Source of the DNA: Candidatus Wildermuthbacteria bacterium
Lineage (GTDB): Bacteria; Patescibacteriota; Minisyncoccia; Minisyncoccales; UBA10102
DNA: 64,000 nt
Direction of reading: 5' to 3'
Assembly (NCBI GenBank): GCA_016186115.1
Contig: JACPMK010000002.1
Location: forward strand, 274,323-338,322
In this document: piece by piece, positions 1 through 9,079 of the stretch
Numbering within the stretch: the first letter of the stretch is position 1
Layout: every line of letters starts with the position of its first letter
Notes under the pieces: model-generated
Told to the model about the DNA's origin: nothing
Databases searched by the model: none
What the model saw: only the letters and a program-made list of their open reading frames with translations
Translations under genes and position numbers: made by a program

Positions 1-375
1 CCCGCCAAGACCGACAAGGGAAAGTAAAGTAGAGCCGCAAGAAGGGCAGGCAGAAGATGCGATTCCGAACAACGAACTCAATGCAGTGCTTGCTGATTCT
101 TTTTTAAAATTTGGAACACGTATTCCAAAATTTCTCCAGCGATAAAAAATCAGCGCTGTATTAATTCCGAAAAGAATCGCCGTAGCAAAAGTAAAAAATA
201 CATACGGCCAGAAATAAAGAGGGGTTTGAATTGTATTTTCAATCAAGCTCTCGATACTCGAATCCAAACGAAGGGTTGTATAGAACACAATGAATAAAAA
301 AAGAGAGGCAGCAACGCCAATTGACCCGTAAAAAATCTTTGTGAAAAATCTACTATTAAGCTGATCCTCGTCCAT
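1..375 (-). CDS. partial membrane protein with CPSCGS motif (N-terminal part only; gene runs off the 5' window edge)
   Basis: Minus-strand reading frame open from the ATG at 375 down to position 1 with no stop. The translation (MDEDQLNSRFFTKIFYGSIGVAASLF...ACPSCGSTLLSLVGLGG) has hydrophobic helices and a CxxC. It is absent from the ORF track because it is partial. Confidence 0.4.
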   Translation of the reverse strand, partial: MDEDQLNSRFFTKIFYGSIGVAASLFLFIVFYTTLRLDSSIESLIENTIQTPLYFWPYVFFTFATAILFGINTALIFYRWRNFGIRVPNFKKESASTALSSLFGIASSACPSCGSTLLSLVGLGG

Positions 376-413
376 AAAGTGTAAAAGAGAAGGGGTGATG
401 CTGTAATAGAGCG

Positions 414-725
414 TCACCCCTTATTGCGACCCCTACTCCTAGCGGTAGCATAGCCGCCAAGCCGATGATATGTTTTAAGTGGCTTTGCCATGCGAGATCT
501 TTTATCTATAACTTTCTCGGGGTCCACATGATTGAAGAACATTCTTCGAGTACCGCATTTCTTGCAGATTCCCTCACTGGTGGGACCGGCTGGACTTTCG
601 ATAACCCAGTAGTGTTGGCAAATAAGAACGACTGGGTCATATATCTCCTGCTTTGCCCGTTGTCGCGATTGCCGCGCTGCTGCACGAGCAGCGCCCTCGA
701 TACTCCACTCCCGCAATTTTGGCAT
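414..725 (-). CDS. hypothetical small basic protein with zinc-ribbon-like Cys pairs (CQHYW...CKKCG)
   Basis: 103-aa ORF; C..H and CxxC spacing suggests a zinc ribbon; no recognisable family. Confidence 0.4.
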   Translation of the reverse strand: MPKLREWSIEGAARAAARQSRQRAKQEIYDPVVLICQHYWVIESPAGPTSEGICKKCGTRRMFFNHVDPEKVIDKRSRMAKPLKTYHRLGGYATARSRGRNKG

Positions 726-779
726 TGCTGCCTCCTTAAAAATTATCCAAGGTTCGTTTTACTCTATTCTAGCCGATAC

Positions 780-1337
780 TTATTTATTTTGCAATTGCTC
801 TTCTAAAGCTCGAATTTTTTCTTTTAATTCTGCTATTTTCAATTCTCTCTGCACCGCCACTTTCTGAAAAATTTCCAATTCTTCCAGCCGCTCCTCAAGT
901 TTTTGCTTCGATGCCTGAAGATCATGAGTTAATCCTTTAATCTCGCGGAGATCACGAGCGATCACGACCCGGTAGACAACTTCCCCTTTGGCATTTTTGA
1001 TGACTCCTTCCGATAAATTTAGTGGAACTTTCTCGCCATTTTTTGCGTATGCCTCAACCTCAATATCATGAATAAATCCTTCCTTCTCCAGTTTTTTCCA
1101 CTGCGAGGCAATTAGAGCTTTTGTTTCAGAAGGAAGCAGAGAGGTTGCGATCGTATCCTGACCTAGAATTTCCTCGACCTCATACCCCACAATGCGCTTG
1201 CAAGCCGGATTGGAATACACCCATTCATGGGTTCTGTGGTCAACCACAACAATCCAATCGAAAATACTCTCCAATACCATCTCTGCAATTTTTTTGATGA
1301 GGAGATTCTCGCGTTTTTGTTTTACGGGTGATGCCAT
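780..1337 (-). CDS. PAS domain protein with C-terminal coiled coil (no output domain)
   Basis: 185 aa. The N-terminal ~110 aa match a PAS-fold pattern (IFDWIVVVDHRTHEWVYSNPACKRIVGYEVEEILG...). The C-terminus is a heptad-rich coiled coil (LEERLEELEIFQKVAVQRELKIAELKEKIRALEEQL). Confidence 0.55.
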   Translation of the reverse strand: MASPVKQKRENLLIKKIAEMVLESIFDWIVVVDHRTHEWVYSNPACKRIVGYEVEEILGQDTIATSLLPSETKALIASQWKKLEKEGFIHDIEVEAYAKNGEKVPLNLSEGVIKNAKGEVVYRVVIARDLREIKGLTHDLQASKQKLEERLEELEIFQKVAVQRELKIAELKEKIRALEEQLQNK

Positions 1338-1382
1338 GTTGTAAAAAATTCTCTAATACTTATTATACATGAGTTACAGGAT

Positions 1383-1411
1383 TTGCAAATCAAAGTAATC
1401 TTGTTTATAAT
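1383..1411 (+). promoter_or_regulatory. sigma70-like promoter TTGCAA-17nt-TATAAT
   Basis: TTGCAA at 1383-1388, 17-nt spacer, TATAAT at 1406-1411; a consensus SD AGGAGG at 1431-1436 lies 8 nt before the ATG at 1445. Confidence 0.5.
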
Positions 1412-1444
1412 CTCTTCCATAGGCACAAAAAGGAGGGGTGTATC

Positions 1445-1690
1445 ATGGTACAAACACAGCGGAAAACGCATGTCATTACAAGAAGAACACTAGCTGCGTG
1501 CACTGCGGAGGAACTGTGCTATATCGTAGCAAGTTATGCAAAGGAAGAACCCTGCTTGTTCTGCAAAGAAGTTTCAGAGGAGCCAGTGCTCGTGTGCGTG
1601 CTCGACAGCAATGGAAATCTTTTAATATTTACCCCATGCGCGAATCACTTGCCTATAGAGCTAAGGCCGCCACAATCAAAAAGCATCTAG
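1445..1690 (+). CDS. small CxxC protein (81 aa), hypothetical
   Basis: ORF preceded by a near-consensus promoter and AGGAGG SD; contains a CLFCK motif plus extra Cys; no confident family. Confidence 0.5.
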   Translation: MVQTQRKTHVITRRTLAACTAEELCYIVASYAKEEPCLFCKEVSEEPVLVCVLDSNGNLLIFTPCANHLPIELRPPQSKSI

Positions 1691-1747
1691 CACTCTCAAG
1701 CGATTCCTCTGCAGCAATGCTGCAGAGGAATTTTTATATGCTCGTAT

Positions 1748-1987
1748 TTATTTTCGATCTTCGTCACTGCGGATTATTGGTAAAAGTAAACGATATACCC
1801 CATAAATTACCACGACTGTTCCCACCAACAATCCGATGAACAAAAACAGGGGCGAGGTTTCCATTTTTTTATCAATCCATACGCCCAGCAAAAGAGGTAC
1901 CACTAAAGAAATTACCACAACTGCCCCGAATTGAAAAGCAAAAGAAAGAACGTACGCAAGAGTAGATCTCTGTTTCTTTTCAGTCAT
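1748..1987 (-). CDS. AtpZ/AtpI-like small two-TM membrane protein
   Basis: LLGVWIDKKMETSPLFLFIGLLVGTVVVIYGVYRL matches the AtpZ/AtpI pattern (LG.WLD...TSPWFLL.GLLLG). Start taken at the internal MTEKKQ; no ATP synthase genes are nearby. Confidence 0.45.
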   Translation of the reverse strand: MTEKKQRSTLAYVLSFAFQFGAVVVISLVVPLLLGVWIDKKMETSPLFLFIGLLVGTVVVIYGVYRLLLPIIRSDEDRK

Positions 1988-2068
1988 TTTTTCATTATAT
2001 ATCACCTAGAGCACTGTTTCAAAAAGAGAAAAGGGATTGTCCGCCAGAGGCGAGACAATCCCTTTTGT

Positions 2069-3829
2069 TTAATGAACCACCTGAACTTTCACTGTTTTTT
2101 GGGCAAGAACAGCGCCGCTCAAATTTTGAGCGATAAAATCTATCGTATATGTGCCAGATGCCTGCCAGTCCCATCCGCTCACGTCAACAAGCGCCTCTTT
2201 ATGCGGGTAATCTTGCATGCTGTCGTCCATAGCATTGAGCTGGTCGCCGTCAACTCTCCAAAACATGCTGTATTCGCCAAGCGACATACCCTGCAACAAC
2301 GCTTTGAACGGCTGCAGCCCCGAAATCTGGATGCCGTCGGCAGGCCACCAGACATCAATTTGACCGGGAGACGAATCAGACGGCGGAGATGGAGCAGGCG
2401 GCGCGCTATCGCTGACTGCAATAGAAACCACACTGCTTTGCCAATGGTATACTGTGTTCCAACCACTGGCAAATATGCCAACGTGCACATAAAACTGCCC
2501 TTGGCTCATTGGAGTCCAGTCGACATTGTAGGTGCGCGACTGCCCGGCAGAAAAACTCTGATTTTCAAAGTACTGCTGGAATAGTTGGTTTCCTGCGCCG
2601 TCCTGCACCTCCACATCAACAATTGTTCCTGCAACAGCATCTCCGGTTGCCTGTACTGTGGCAGCAATCCCTATTTGTTGATTTACTTGAGAACTTGACG
2701 GCGAAGCGCTGCCTGTTGCAGTAAATGAAATCGCAGCAGGAGGCGGAGGCGGCGGCGTTTCGGTTCCGCCTTGCCCAAACCATGTCCGCATCACATTCTC
2801 TGCCATTTTTCCTTGGGGCATATAGTCGGTATTGCCGGGGCCTCCCGCGTTGGGATCGCTGCTCCAGTGCCACCAATGAACACCCTGCATAAATGTCTGG
2901 CCATTCCAATATTCAAACAGGGCTTGGTAGGCGTTGGCTTGCGCGGTTTCGTCGGGAGGGCCGCCCATCTCGTAATTCCATGGACTTACAAAAGAATTCG
3001 GAATGCTCTTATACCCTATCTCGGTGAACAGCACGGGCTTGCCATAGCGCTGGGAAAGCGGACGGATATGGGTATTGTTCCAGTAATCCCATGATCCTTT
3101 CATTGCCTCCACACTATTGTTCCCCCAACTGCTTAACCCAAAGTAGGCCGAGATGCCTATGAAATCGAGGGCAGACCAGAAGGTAATCTGATTTTTTTCA
3201 TCGACGAACCCATCCGGCCCCCAGTTGGCGCTGTACGTAAGTTTTCCCGAGTACACTCCGCGTACCGCCCCAATAAGGCTGATCCAATTCTGCGTGTTGG
3301 TCGGATTGATGGTGTTGGACGCCATGCTAATAAGCTCCGCGCCAACGCACAACTGCTCCACTCCATACTGCTGGGCAATATTTGCATAGCGCAAAAGCAC
3401 TGTCTGGTACGCAGCAAACCATGCTTCCCTGTTTCCGGGATTAATGTATGCTCTCCAGCTGCCGTCCCACACGCCCACATGGGGCTTGAGCATCACCTTC
3501 ATGCCCAGAGAGTGAACGTAGTTGATGGCCGAGATCAATGATTCGTCTGTTGGCGTATCCCATCCTTGTTGAATATCAGTCGAATAGGTATTCGATTGAT
3601 AGTAAGGGATCACCAGCGTGATAAAGTTCACGTTGGCGTTTTTGGCATTGAGCACCGACTGCTGAAAGGAAGCGCTTTCAAAGTCGGTGGAAAATCGGGG
3701 AATAATGGTTACCCCTTTTTGCCAATTGGATACCGCAGCATGCGCCTCCTTCGTGTTGCCGGCGCTCGCGAAGAGCAAACCGGCAACAAGCAAGAGCAAG
3801 AAAAGCAAACCAACGCATTTTCGCATCAC
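2069..3829 (-). CDS. secreted glycoside hydrolase (TIM-barrel clan GH-A-like, GH113/GH26/GH5-like) with poly-Pro linker and two C-terminal beta-rich (CBM-like) domains
   Basis: N-terminal signal peptide (MMRKCVGLLFLLLLVAGLLFASA). Catalytic-type motifs are CVGAEL (acid/base region) and PVLFTEIGY (nucleophile Glu). A PPPPPP linker precedes Ser/Thr-rich C-terminal domains. Confidence 0.6.
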   Translation of the reverse strand: MMRKCVGLLFLLLLVAGLLFASAGNTKEAHAAVSNWQKGVTIIPRFSTDFESASFQQSVLNAKNANVNFITLVIPYYQSNTYSTDIQQGWDTPTDESLISAINYVHSLGMKVMLKPHVGVWDGSWRAYINPGNREAWFAAYQTVLLRYANIAQQYGVEQLCVGAELISMASNTINPTNTQNWISLIGAVRGVYSGKLTYSANWGPDGFVDEKNQITFWSALDFIGISAYFGLSSWGNNSVEAMKGSWDYWNNTHIRPLSQRYGKPVLFTEIGYKSIPNSFVSPWNYEMGGPPDETAQANAYQALFEYWNGQTFMQGVHWWHWSSDPNAGGPGNTDYMPQGKMAENVMRTWFGQGGTETPPPPPPAAISFTATGSASPSSSQVNQQIGIAATVQATGDAVAGTIVDVEVQDGAGNQLFQQYFENQSFSAGQSRTYNVDWTPMSQGQFYVHVGIFASGWNTVYHWQSSVVSIAVSDSAPPAPSPPSDSSPGQIDVWWPADGIQISGLQPFKALLQGMSLGEYSMFWRVDGDQLNAMDDSMQDYPHKEALVDVSGWDWQASGTYTIDFIAQNLSGAVLAQKTVKVQVVH

Positions 3830-3900
3830 CTCACCTCCCCTTCTTTTTGTAAAGATCTAATTTTGAGACGCACGAAAACCCCAACGATTACTCCAATCAA

Positions 3901-3924
3901 AAGGCGAGGGCATGCCCTCGCCTT
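3901..3924 (-). terminator. perfect 24-nt palindrome (aaggcgagggcatgccctcgcctt), probable terminator after gene 3951..4154
   Basis: 10-bp GC-rich stem; on the minus strand it is followed by CCTTTTGATT. Confidence 0.35.
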
Positions 3925-3950
3925 GGAAATTTATTTTGAGCTTATAAAAA

Positions 3951-4154
3951 CTAAGATACGCCCTTGACTCGAACTATGATCTCCACATGCCCCTCATGCC
4001 CCGGAATGCGATACGTGCCTTCTCGATGGTACAAATCGTCGCTATTCGGGCGTATGTTTTGCATACGCTCTTCAAGAAAACGTTTCACCTCCTGTACGAT
4101 ACCTTCCAATCGCTTCCCATTAATTTTAATTCCGAGCGTGTCGTTTTCAGTCAT
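3951..4154 (-). CDS. hypothetical 67-aa protein
   Basis: Internal start MTENDTLGIK, preceded by AGGAGG with a 6-nt spacer on the minus strand; no confident family. Confidence 0.5.
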   Translation of the reverse strand: MTENDTLGIKINGKRLEGIVQEVKRFLEERMQNIRPNSDDLYHREGTYRIPGHEGHVEIIVRVKGVS

Positions 4155-4202
4155 AACACCCCTCCTTTTGCCTTTAAAAAATATCACAAAAAATTCCCTT
4201 TG

Positions 4203-5171
4203 TCAAAAGTTTTGGTTGAGCAATTGCAGTAAAGATCTCAGTGTTTTGGAAATTGTATCAAGAGATTGGCCTAGCGAAGCAGTAAGCTCCGATTCTGTAG
4301 GATTTGGCGAAGTCACGGTAAACCATGCCCGCGCGGTTCTGTTGGTGTCGAGGCCGTGCGCAAAAAACATGCCCTGACCGCGCGGCCCCAAAAGCGGTAT
4401 TTCGGTCGCAAAAACAAATATTCCCTCCGGCCGTGATACTGTGCTTCCCAAAAACTGCCCCTCAAAGAAAATTTCCACCCGCTCTTGTACGCCAAACCCA
4501 TGGCCTGTTAATTGCAGTTGAGTTCCTGGATTGCCAAAGTATTTATTTAAAAGTAAAAATGGCACGGTATCATCAAATTTGAGAGTTACCCTTGCTTGAG
4601 TTTTACTGTTCTGCCCGATAAAACTGTAGTCAAGAATCCCCTCTCGATAAGGAAGATCCAACTCTCTGGCGACAAAACCTCCACTTGAGTTCGTTTTCGC
4701 AAGCATGAAAAAATTGCCTTGTCTTTCCACGCGCACCTCCTCATTGGGAGCAAAATTTCTGCCTGTAAAACTTACACTTCCGCCCGGCTTAACGAAATAG
4801 CTGCTCGGAACGACCTGCGGATAGAAACTCCCGACCACAAGCTTTGCCGTCTCGCGAATGCCGCTTATTCTGCCTTGAGCCAAGATATTGAGCGTTGAAT
4901 TTATATCCTGAAACGGCACAACAAAATGAGGGCTTACAAAATTCCCCCGTGCGTCGGCTTGCGCTATTTGTGTCATAGTACCCACACGCACCTCTACCAA
5001 TTCATTTCTGCCAAAACCATACCCTCGCACAGTCACCTGCTCCTCCGGAAATACGTAATACTTGGAAAGAAGAATATAGCTCGATTTTGCTTGCGCCAAA
5101 GATTGAAAAGCAGGAACAACAAAACCTGCGCACACGACAACTGCTATTGTAAAAATTTTTAGTGTTTTCAT
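4203..5171 (-). CDS. secreted protein of unknown function
   Basis: Start taken at MKTLKIFTIAVVVCAGFVVPAFQSLAQA (signal peptide); beta-rich mature region; the longer ORF in the track has an improbable N-terminal extension. Confidence 0.5.
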   Translation of the reverse strand: MKTLKIFTIAVVVCAGFVVPAFQSLAQAKSSYILLSKYYVFPEEQVTVRGYGFGRNELVEVRVGTMTQIAQADARGNFVSPHFVVPFQDINSTLNILAQGRISGIRETAKLVVGSFYPQVVPSSYFVKPGGSVSFTGRNFAPNEEVRVERQGNFFMLAKTNSSGGFVARELDLPYREGILDYSFIGQNSKTQARVTLKFDDTVPFLLLNKYFGNPGTQLQLTGHGFGVQERVEIFFEGQFLGSTVSRPEGIFVFATEIPLLGPRGQGMFFAHGLDTNRTARAWFTVTSPNPTESELTASLGQSLDTISKTLRSLLQLLNQNF

Positions 5172-5287
5172 AGAAATTAAGCTAGCAAGCATACATCTTA
5201 AGAGACGCTCCATGGAAGATAACTTTACAAAAAAGCTGCGGCAGCCCTTTGACGAGCTGCCGCAGTCGAATGAAAACATCAATACAT

Positions 5288-5509
5288 CTATGCAGTCCTT
5301 ACTTCCTTTGTTCTTTGGACCAAACCCGTGTTATGGATAACGACTTCGTAAACCGCTGCCAACCCTACGAGAGTATAGATAATGCGCGATATCAGCATAT
5401 CCTGTCCTCCAAAAATCTGGCCTATATCCCATTGCAAAAGTCCTACTAACAGCCAGTTAAGCCCTCCAATAACGAGAATCGCGAACGCAAGAAGGTGAAG
5501 GTTTTTCAT
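5288..5509 (-). CDS. DUF378-family small membrane protein
   Basis: MKNLHLLAFAILVIGGLNWLLVGLLQWDIGQIFGG matches the DUF378 signature (IGGLNWGLVGLF..D). Confidence 0.55.
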   Translation of the reverse strand: MKNLHLLAFAILVIGGLNWLLVGLLQWDIGQIFGGQDMLISRIIYTLVGLAAVYEVVIHNTGLVQRTKEVRTA

Positions 5510-5599
5510 AAATAATATTAAATTTATTAGTAGAATGTCCAGACCTTTGCAGTTTTATTATACCAAAAACCCAATCCTCCTCACAAGCATATCCTTTGA

Positions 5600-5627
5600 T
5601 AAACAAAAAATCGCCCCTTGGGCGAAT
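5600..5627 (-). terminator. rho-independent terminator downstream of 5703..6158
   Basis: Minus strand reads GCGAATTCGCCCAAGGGGCGATTTTTTGTTTATC: a 6-bp GC stem, 4-nt loop and T-tract. Confidence 0.5.
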
Positions 5628-5702
5628 TGCGTTGTCATGGCAGAATATTCAATACGAAGATCATCAACCGCTTTGGATCTCCGTTAAACTCTTTCCGCAG
5701 AA

Positions 5703-6158
5703 TCATTGAACTAGAATAGTGCCTGTGTCACTTGGATTCAGATGATTATGGTACTGCCACGTACCAGTTTTTGCAAAAGGAAAACTGTACTCGCCCCCTG
5801 CGCCGCATTGATCAAATGCCATTCCGGAGGTATCGGGGCAATGCTGCTCCAAACTAGTGCCGCTATACACACGATGAGATGGGTGCGCTGCCGAAGCAAC
5901 CCACATGGATCTGCTGCTTTCATTTTTAAAGAGTACGGTCTCTCCTTGATTTATTGTCAGAGTCGCGGGTGTAAAGCCATTATCATTATAGCGAACAATG
6001 GCACTCCCCTGCTCCGTGCTGCTCGGCGAAGCAGATGCTGAAGGCTGCAATGAATTCTCCAAAGATGATTGAGGATTATTCGATCTTGCCTTCAGCAAGA
6101 AATAACCTCCTCCAGCAATGAGAATGACAATAACAACTGCAATAATTATTTTATTCAT
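5703..6158 (-). CDS. membrane-anchored cupredoxin-like (plastocyanin/EfeO-like) domain protein
   Basis: N-terminal TM anchor (IIIAVVIVILIAGGGYFLL), Ser-rich linker, then a beta-sandwich-like region (GFTPATLTINQGETVLFKNES...). Copper ligands are not clearly conserved. Confidence 0.45.
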   Translation of the reverse strand: MNKIIIAVVIVILIAGGGYFLLKARSNNPQSSLENSLQPSASASPSSTEQGSAIVRYNDNGFTPATLTINQGETVLFKNESSRSMWVASAAHPSHRVYSGTSLEQHCPDTSGMAFDQCGAGGEYSFPFAKTGTWQYHNHLNPSDTGTILVQ

Positions 6159-6167
6159 AGTTTAGAA

Positions 6168-6530
6168 TTATTTTTTTAACCTTTGGAAAGGAAAAGAATC
6201 AGCGAATATTGCAATGGCTGCTGCCAAAAGCCCGATATCTCGCACCGTGATATCGGTGATGCCGCTTACCGAGAGCACAACCACAAGATGGATGATACCC
6301 AGCAGAGCGGCAACCCAGACCAGCCAATCAACTAGAAACAAAGCGCCGATAGCAATATCAAGAATCGCTATCCCAATCATTGCCTGATCCAAAGGAATCG
6401 GCAAGAGCCCTGCTGCCCATGGCTGCAAATATCCTCCCCATGCTTGCGGATCTCTAAAAATCAAAACGCCGATCCAGACAAAGGTAATGCCCAACCCGAC
6501 TCGTATAATATGAAATGATGCCTTTTTCAT
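6168..6530 (-). CDS. DoxX-like multi-TM membrane protein
   Basis: Four predicted TM helices; start taken at the internal MKKASF. Confidence 0.45.
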   Translation of the reverse strand: MKKASFHIIRVGLGITFVWIGVLIFRDPQAWGGYLQPWAAGLLPIPLDQAMIGIAILDIAIGALFLVDWLVWVAALLGIIHLVVVLSVSGITDITVRDIGLLAAAIAIFADSFPFQRLKK

Positions 6531-6596
6531 TGTAAAATGATCGCTCCCATGAGCCAATCGGCTGCTGTAAGGCAATTCTTTTTATGTTTTATTTCT

Positions 6597-7844
6597 CTAT
6601 CTATAAAAACGCGGGCGGGAACTGCCTGAACGCCGAAAGTTTCCATGGGGCCGCGGAAACCTGCTGCGAGGCGGATATTGAGGCGCAGAAATTTGCGCAA
6701 AGTCCGCTTTCGGAAGTTCTGGAAGCTTGGATATGGGAATATTTTTTCTGATAAGCCGCTCAATGGACCTCACCGCCTGCTGTTCTTGCGGAACGGCAAA
6801 GGTGACAGCATGCCCTTGGGCGCCCGCCCTTGCGGTTCTGCCTATCCTGTGGACATAATCCTCGGAAGCTGCCGGAAGGTCGTAGTTTACAACCATCTCG
6901 ATTCCCACAACGTCAATTCCACGCGAGGCAATATCCGTGGCAACCAATACTCGATACCTGCCCGACTTAAATCCTTCAAGGGCTTCTTTGCGCTGATTCA
7001 AAGATCTGTTGGAATGGATTTCCGCCGCGCTCACGCCAAAACTCCGTATCTGGCGAGTCACTTTTCTTGCGCCGTACTTCGTTCGTGTAAATACGAGGGT
7101 AGATCCCTTGTGGTCAAAAAGCAATTTTTCCAAAAGCGCTGTTTTCTGCTCTCTGGGCACAATAAAAAGTTCATGCGTTACTTTATCTACCGTGGTTCCG
7201 GACGGAGCTATCTCCACGCGCACCGGAAGCCGCATATAGGAAGACGCAATCTTCATTACTCCATCTGGCATAGTTGCCGAAAACAGCATGGTCTGGCGGT
7301 CCCGCGGCAAGACCTGCAAAATTCTTTGTATCTGCGGAAGAAATCCCATATCAAGCATGCGGTCCGCTTCATCCAGAACAACAATTCCCACGTCGTCTAA
7401 ACGCAATGTTTTTTGGTTCAAATGGTCTATGATTCTGCCCGGAGTCCCGATGAAAAGGTGCGGGTTCCTTTTGAGATCCCGTATCTGGAGCATCATAGAA
7501 GCTCCCCCAATAAGAACCGCTGTTCTCAAACCGAGAACTTTTCCCACCGATCTCAAGGACTCCTCCACCTGAAGGGCAAGCTCTCTTGTGGGAAGAACAA
7601 CCAGACCTTTCTTTTGTGTCTGGCTAAGGCGCTGAAGCATGGGAATACCAAAAGCAAGCGTCTTTCCGGTTCCGGTTTGCGCTATTCCCACAAGGTCCTT
7701 TCCTTGGATGGCAATCGGTATTGCCCTAGTTTGAATTGGGGTCGGAACGCGAAAATTCAGCCGCCCTAAAGTTTCCAAAAGAGCCGGGGCAATGCCAAGG
7801 CCGTAAAAGCTCGAGGCAGGCCCGCTCGAAAATTGCTGTTGCAT
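6597..7844 (-). CDS. DEAD-box ATP-dependent RNA helicase
   Basis: Q motif, AQTGTGKT (motif I), PTRELA (Ia), DEAD (II), SAT (III) and HRIGRTARAG (VI); Arg/Ser-rich basic C-terminal tail. Confidence 0.9.
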   Translation of the reverse strand: MQQQFSSGPASSFYGLGIAPALLETLGRLNFRVPTPIQTRAIPIAIQGKDLVGIAQTGTGKTLAFGIPMLQRLSQTQKKGLVVLPTRELALQVEESLRSVGKVLGLRTAVLIGGASMMLQIRDLKRNPHLFIGTPGRIIDHLNQKTLRLDDVGIVVLDEADRMLDMGFLPQIQRILQVLPRDRQTMLFSATMPDGVMKIASSYMRLPVRVEIAPSGTTVDKVTHELFIVPREQKTALLEKLLFDHKGSTLVFTRTKYGARKVTRQIRSFGVSAAEIHSNRSLNQRKEALEGFKSGRYRVLVATDIASRGIDVVGIEMVVNYDLPAASEDYVHRIGRTARAGAQGHAVTFAVPQEQQAVRSIERLIRKNIPISKLPELPKADFAQISAPQYPPRSRFPRPHGNFRRSGSSRPRFYR

Positions 7845-7918
7845 AAGAAATTATAATATCACAAAAAACGAAATCCCGCAAGCCTGCCTGCTCCTTGCAT
7901 ATGAAACCTGTTCGAAAT

Positions 7919-8380
7919 TTAAAAGTTAGCGAACAAATAAAGCACAAGAAGAAACAGCCCGCCCCACCAGCCAATGTCTGATACGATAAGCCCCAGCATT
8001 ATTTTTCTCTGCCATGATGTCGGCAAGAGCTCGCCGGAGCGGCCCTCCTGTTCTCGCTTCAACAAAAACGGACTCACTGCAAACGAAAGGAAGTAGCCGT
8101 TGGCAATAAGGGCAAGTGCAATGACGCTATGGATAAGCGGGATGCCCACAAACGCCGCATTGCGATAGAAAATCAATCCGCCGACAATTGCAAGCCCAAT
8201 CCCAATCCAAATCAGGGGTTTGGTCACTTTGTGCGTACGCGTGGTGGCTTCGGTCCAGTAGGATGATTTCCGGCCGAGAAAACCGTGGATATCTATCACT
8301 GTTACCGCGCCGAGGCCAACCACAAAGCCGGCGAGGAATAAAAATAGGCCAATTACATCAAACCATTCAACGACGCTCAT
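7919..8380 (-). CDS. hypothetical multi-TM membrane protein
   Basis: Several hydrophobic helices; start taken at MSVVEW to avoid a 23-nt overlap with TspO. Confidence 0.45.
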   Translation of the reverse strand: MSVVEWFDVIGLFLFLAGFVVGLGAVTVIDIHGFLGRKSSYWTEATTRTHKVTKPLIWIGIGLAIVGGLIFYRNAAFVGIPLIHSVIALALIANGYFLSFAVSPFLLKREQEGRSGELLPTSWQRKIMLGLIVSDIGWWGGLFLLVLYLFANF

Positions 8381-8390
8381 GGCAAACAAA

Positions 8391-8867
8391 TTAATTGAGA
8401 ATCCAGATAGCATAGTTTAAGTAGGCGGCAAAACTCACCCAAAGAATATACGGTACGAGCAGATACGCCGCCGGTTTGGAAATTTTGTAAAAAACAATGA
8501 TCGTCCAAACAATTGCAAGCCAAAGGGAAACTATTTCAACAAGAGCCCAGCCCGGACTCTGGAATCCGAAGAAAATAATTGACCAGATTGCGTTTAAGAA
8601 AAGCTGAATGCCGAATACGCCAAGCGCCATTTTTACCTCTTTCCGTTCCCAACCCATACGCCATATCAAAAATGCCGCGATGCCCATCAACGCATAGAGC
8701 GTGGTCCACGCGGGCCCAAACACCCAACCCGGAGGATTCAACGCCGGCTTTTCTAATGCCGCGTACCACGTGGGTATCGCATTAACCGTAAACAGAGATC
8801 CAATTATTCCGGCAAATTCAGAAAGAGCGACTGCAATAACAAGTTTCAACGCGCTGGGGATTCTCAT
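8391..8867 (-). CDS. tspO: TspO/MBR family tryptophan-rich sensory protein
   Basis: Five-TM, Trp-rich pattern (GWVFGPAWTTLYALMGIAAFLIW..., FLNAIWS, LWLAIVWTII) typical of TspO. Confidence 0.75.
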   Translation of the reverse strand: MRIPSALKLVIAVALSEFAGIIGSLFTVNAIPTWYAALEKPALNPPGWVFGPAWTTLYALMGIAAFLIWRMGWERKEVKMALGVFGIQLFLNAIWSIIFFGFQSPGWALVEIVSLWLAIVWTIIVFYKISKPAAYLLVPYILWVSFAAYLNYAIWILN

Positions 8868-8888
8868 AACTAAACACGCAATATTAAA

Positions 8889-9065
8889 TTATTCGCTCGC
8901 CGGATCGGCGCCTTCTTCCTCATGAGCTTGCTTTCCATAATGCTTTCCATCTGCGCAATCGCACGGTTCCAGCGGCGCATGATGTTTCGGACAACCTTCT
9001 GTTTGGCAAACGCCCGGCTTATCGCTTACCCCTTTACATGTGCCTGTGCAAATATAATGAATCAT
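8889..9065 (-). CDS. small Cys-rich protein (58 aa) missed by the 60-aa ORF cutoff
   Basis: Minus-strand ATG at 9065 and TAA at 8889. Translation is MIHYICTGTCKGVSDKPGVCQTEGCPKHHAPLEPCDCADGKHYGKQAHEEEGADPASE, with 7 Cys and 5 His; weak GGA upstream. Confidence 0.4.
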   Translation of the reverse strand: MIHYICTGTCKGVSDKPGVCQTEGCPKHHAPLEPCDCADGKHYGKQAHEEEGADPASE

Positions 9066-9079
9066 ATGTATCTATCCTA

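Noticed and set aside
1748-1987. An ATP synthase operon implied by the AtpZ/AtpI-like gene
   Set aside because: No atp genes are adjacent; the small two-TM protein family occurs independently, so no operon call is made.
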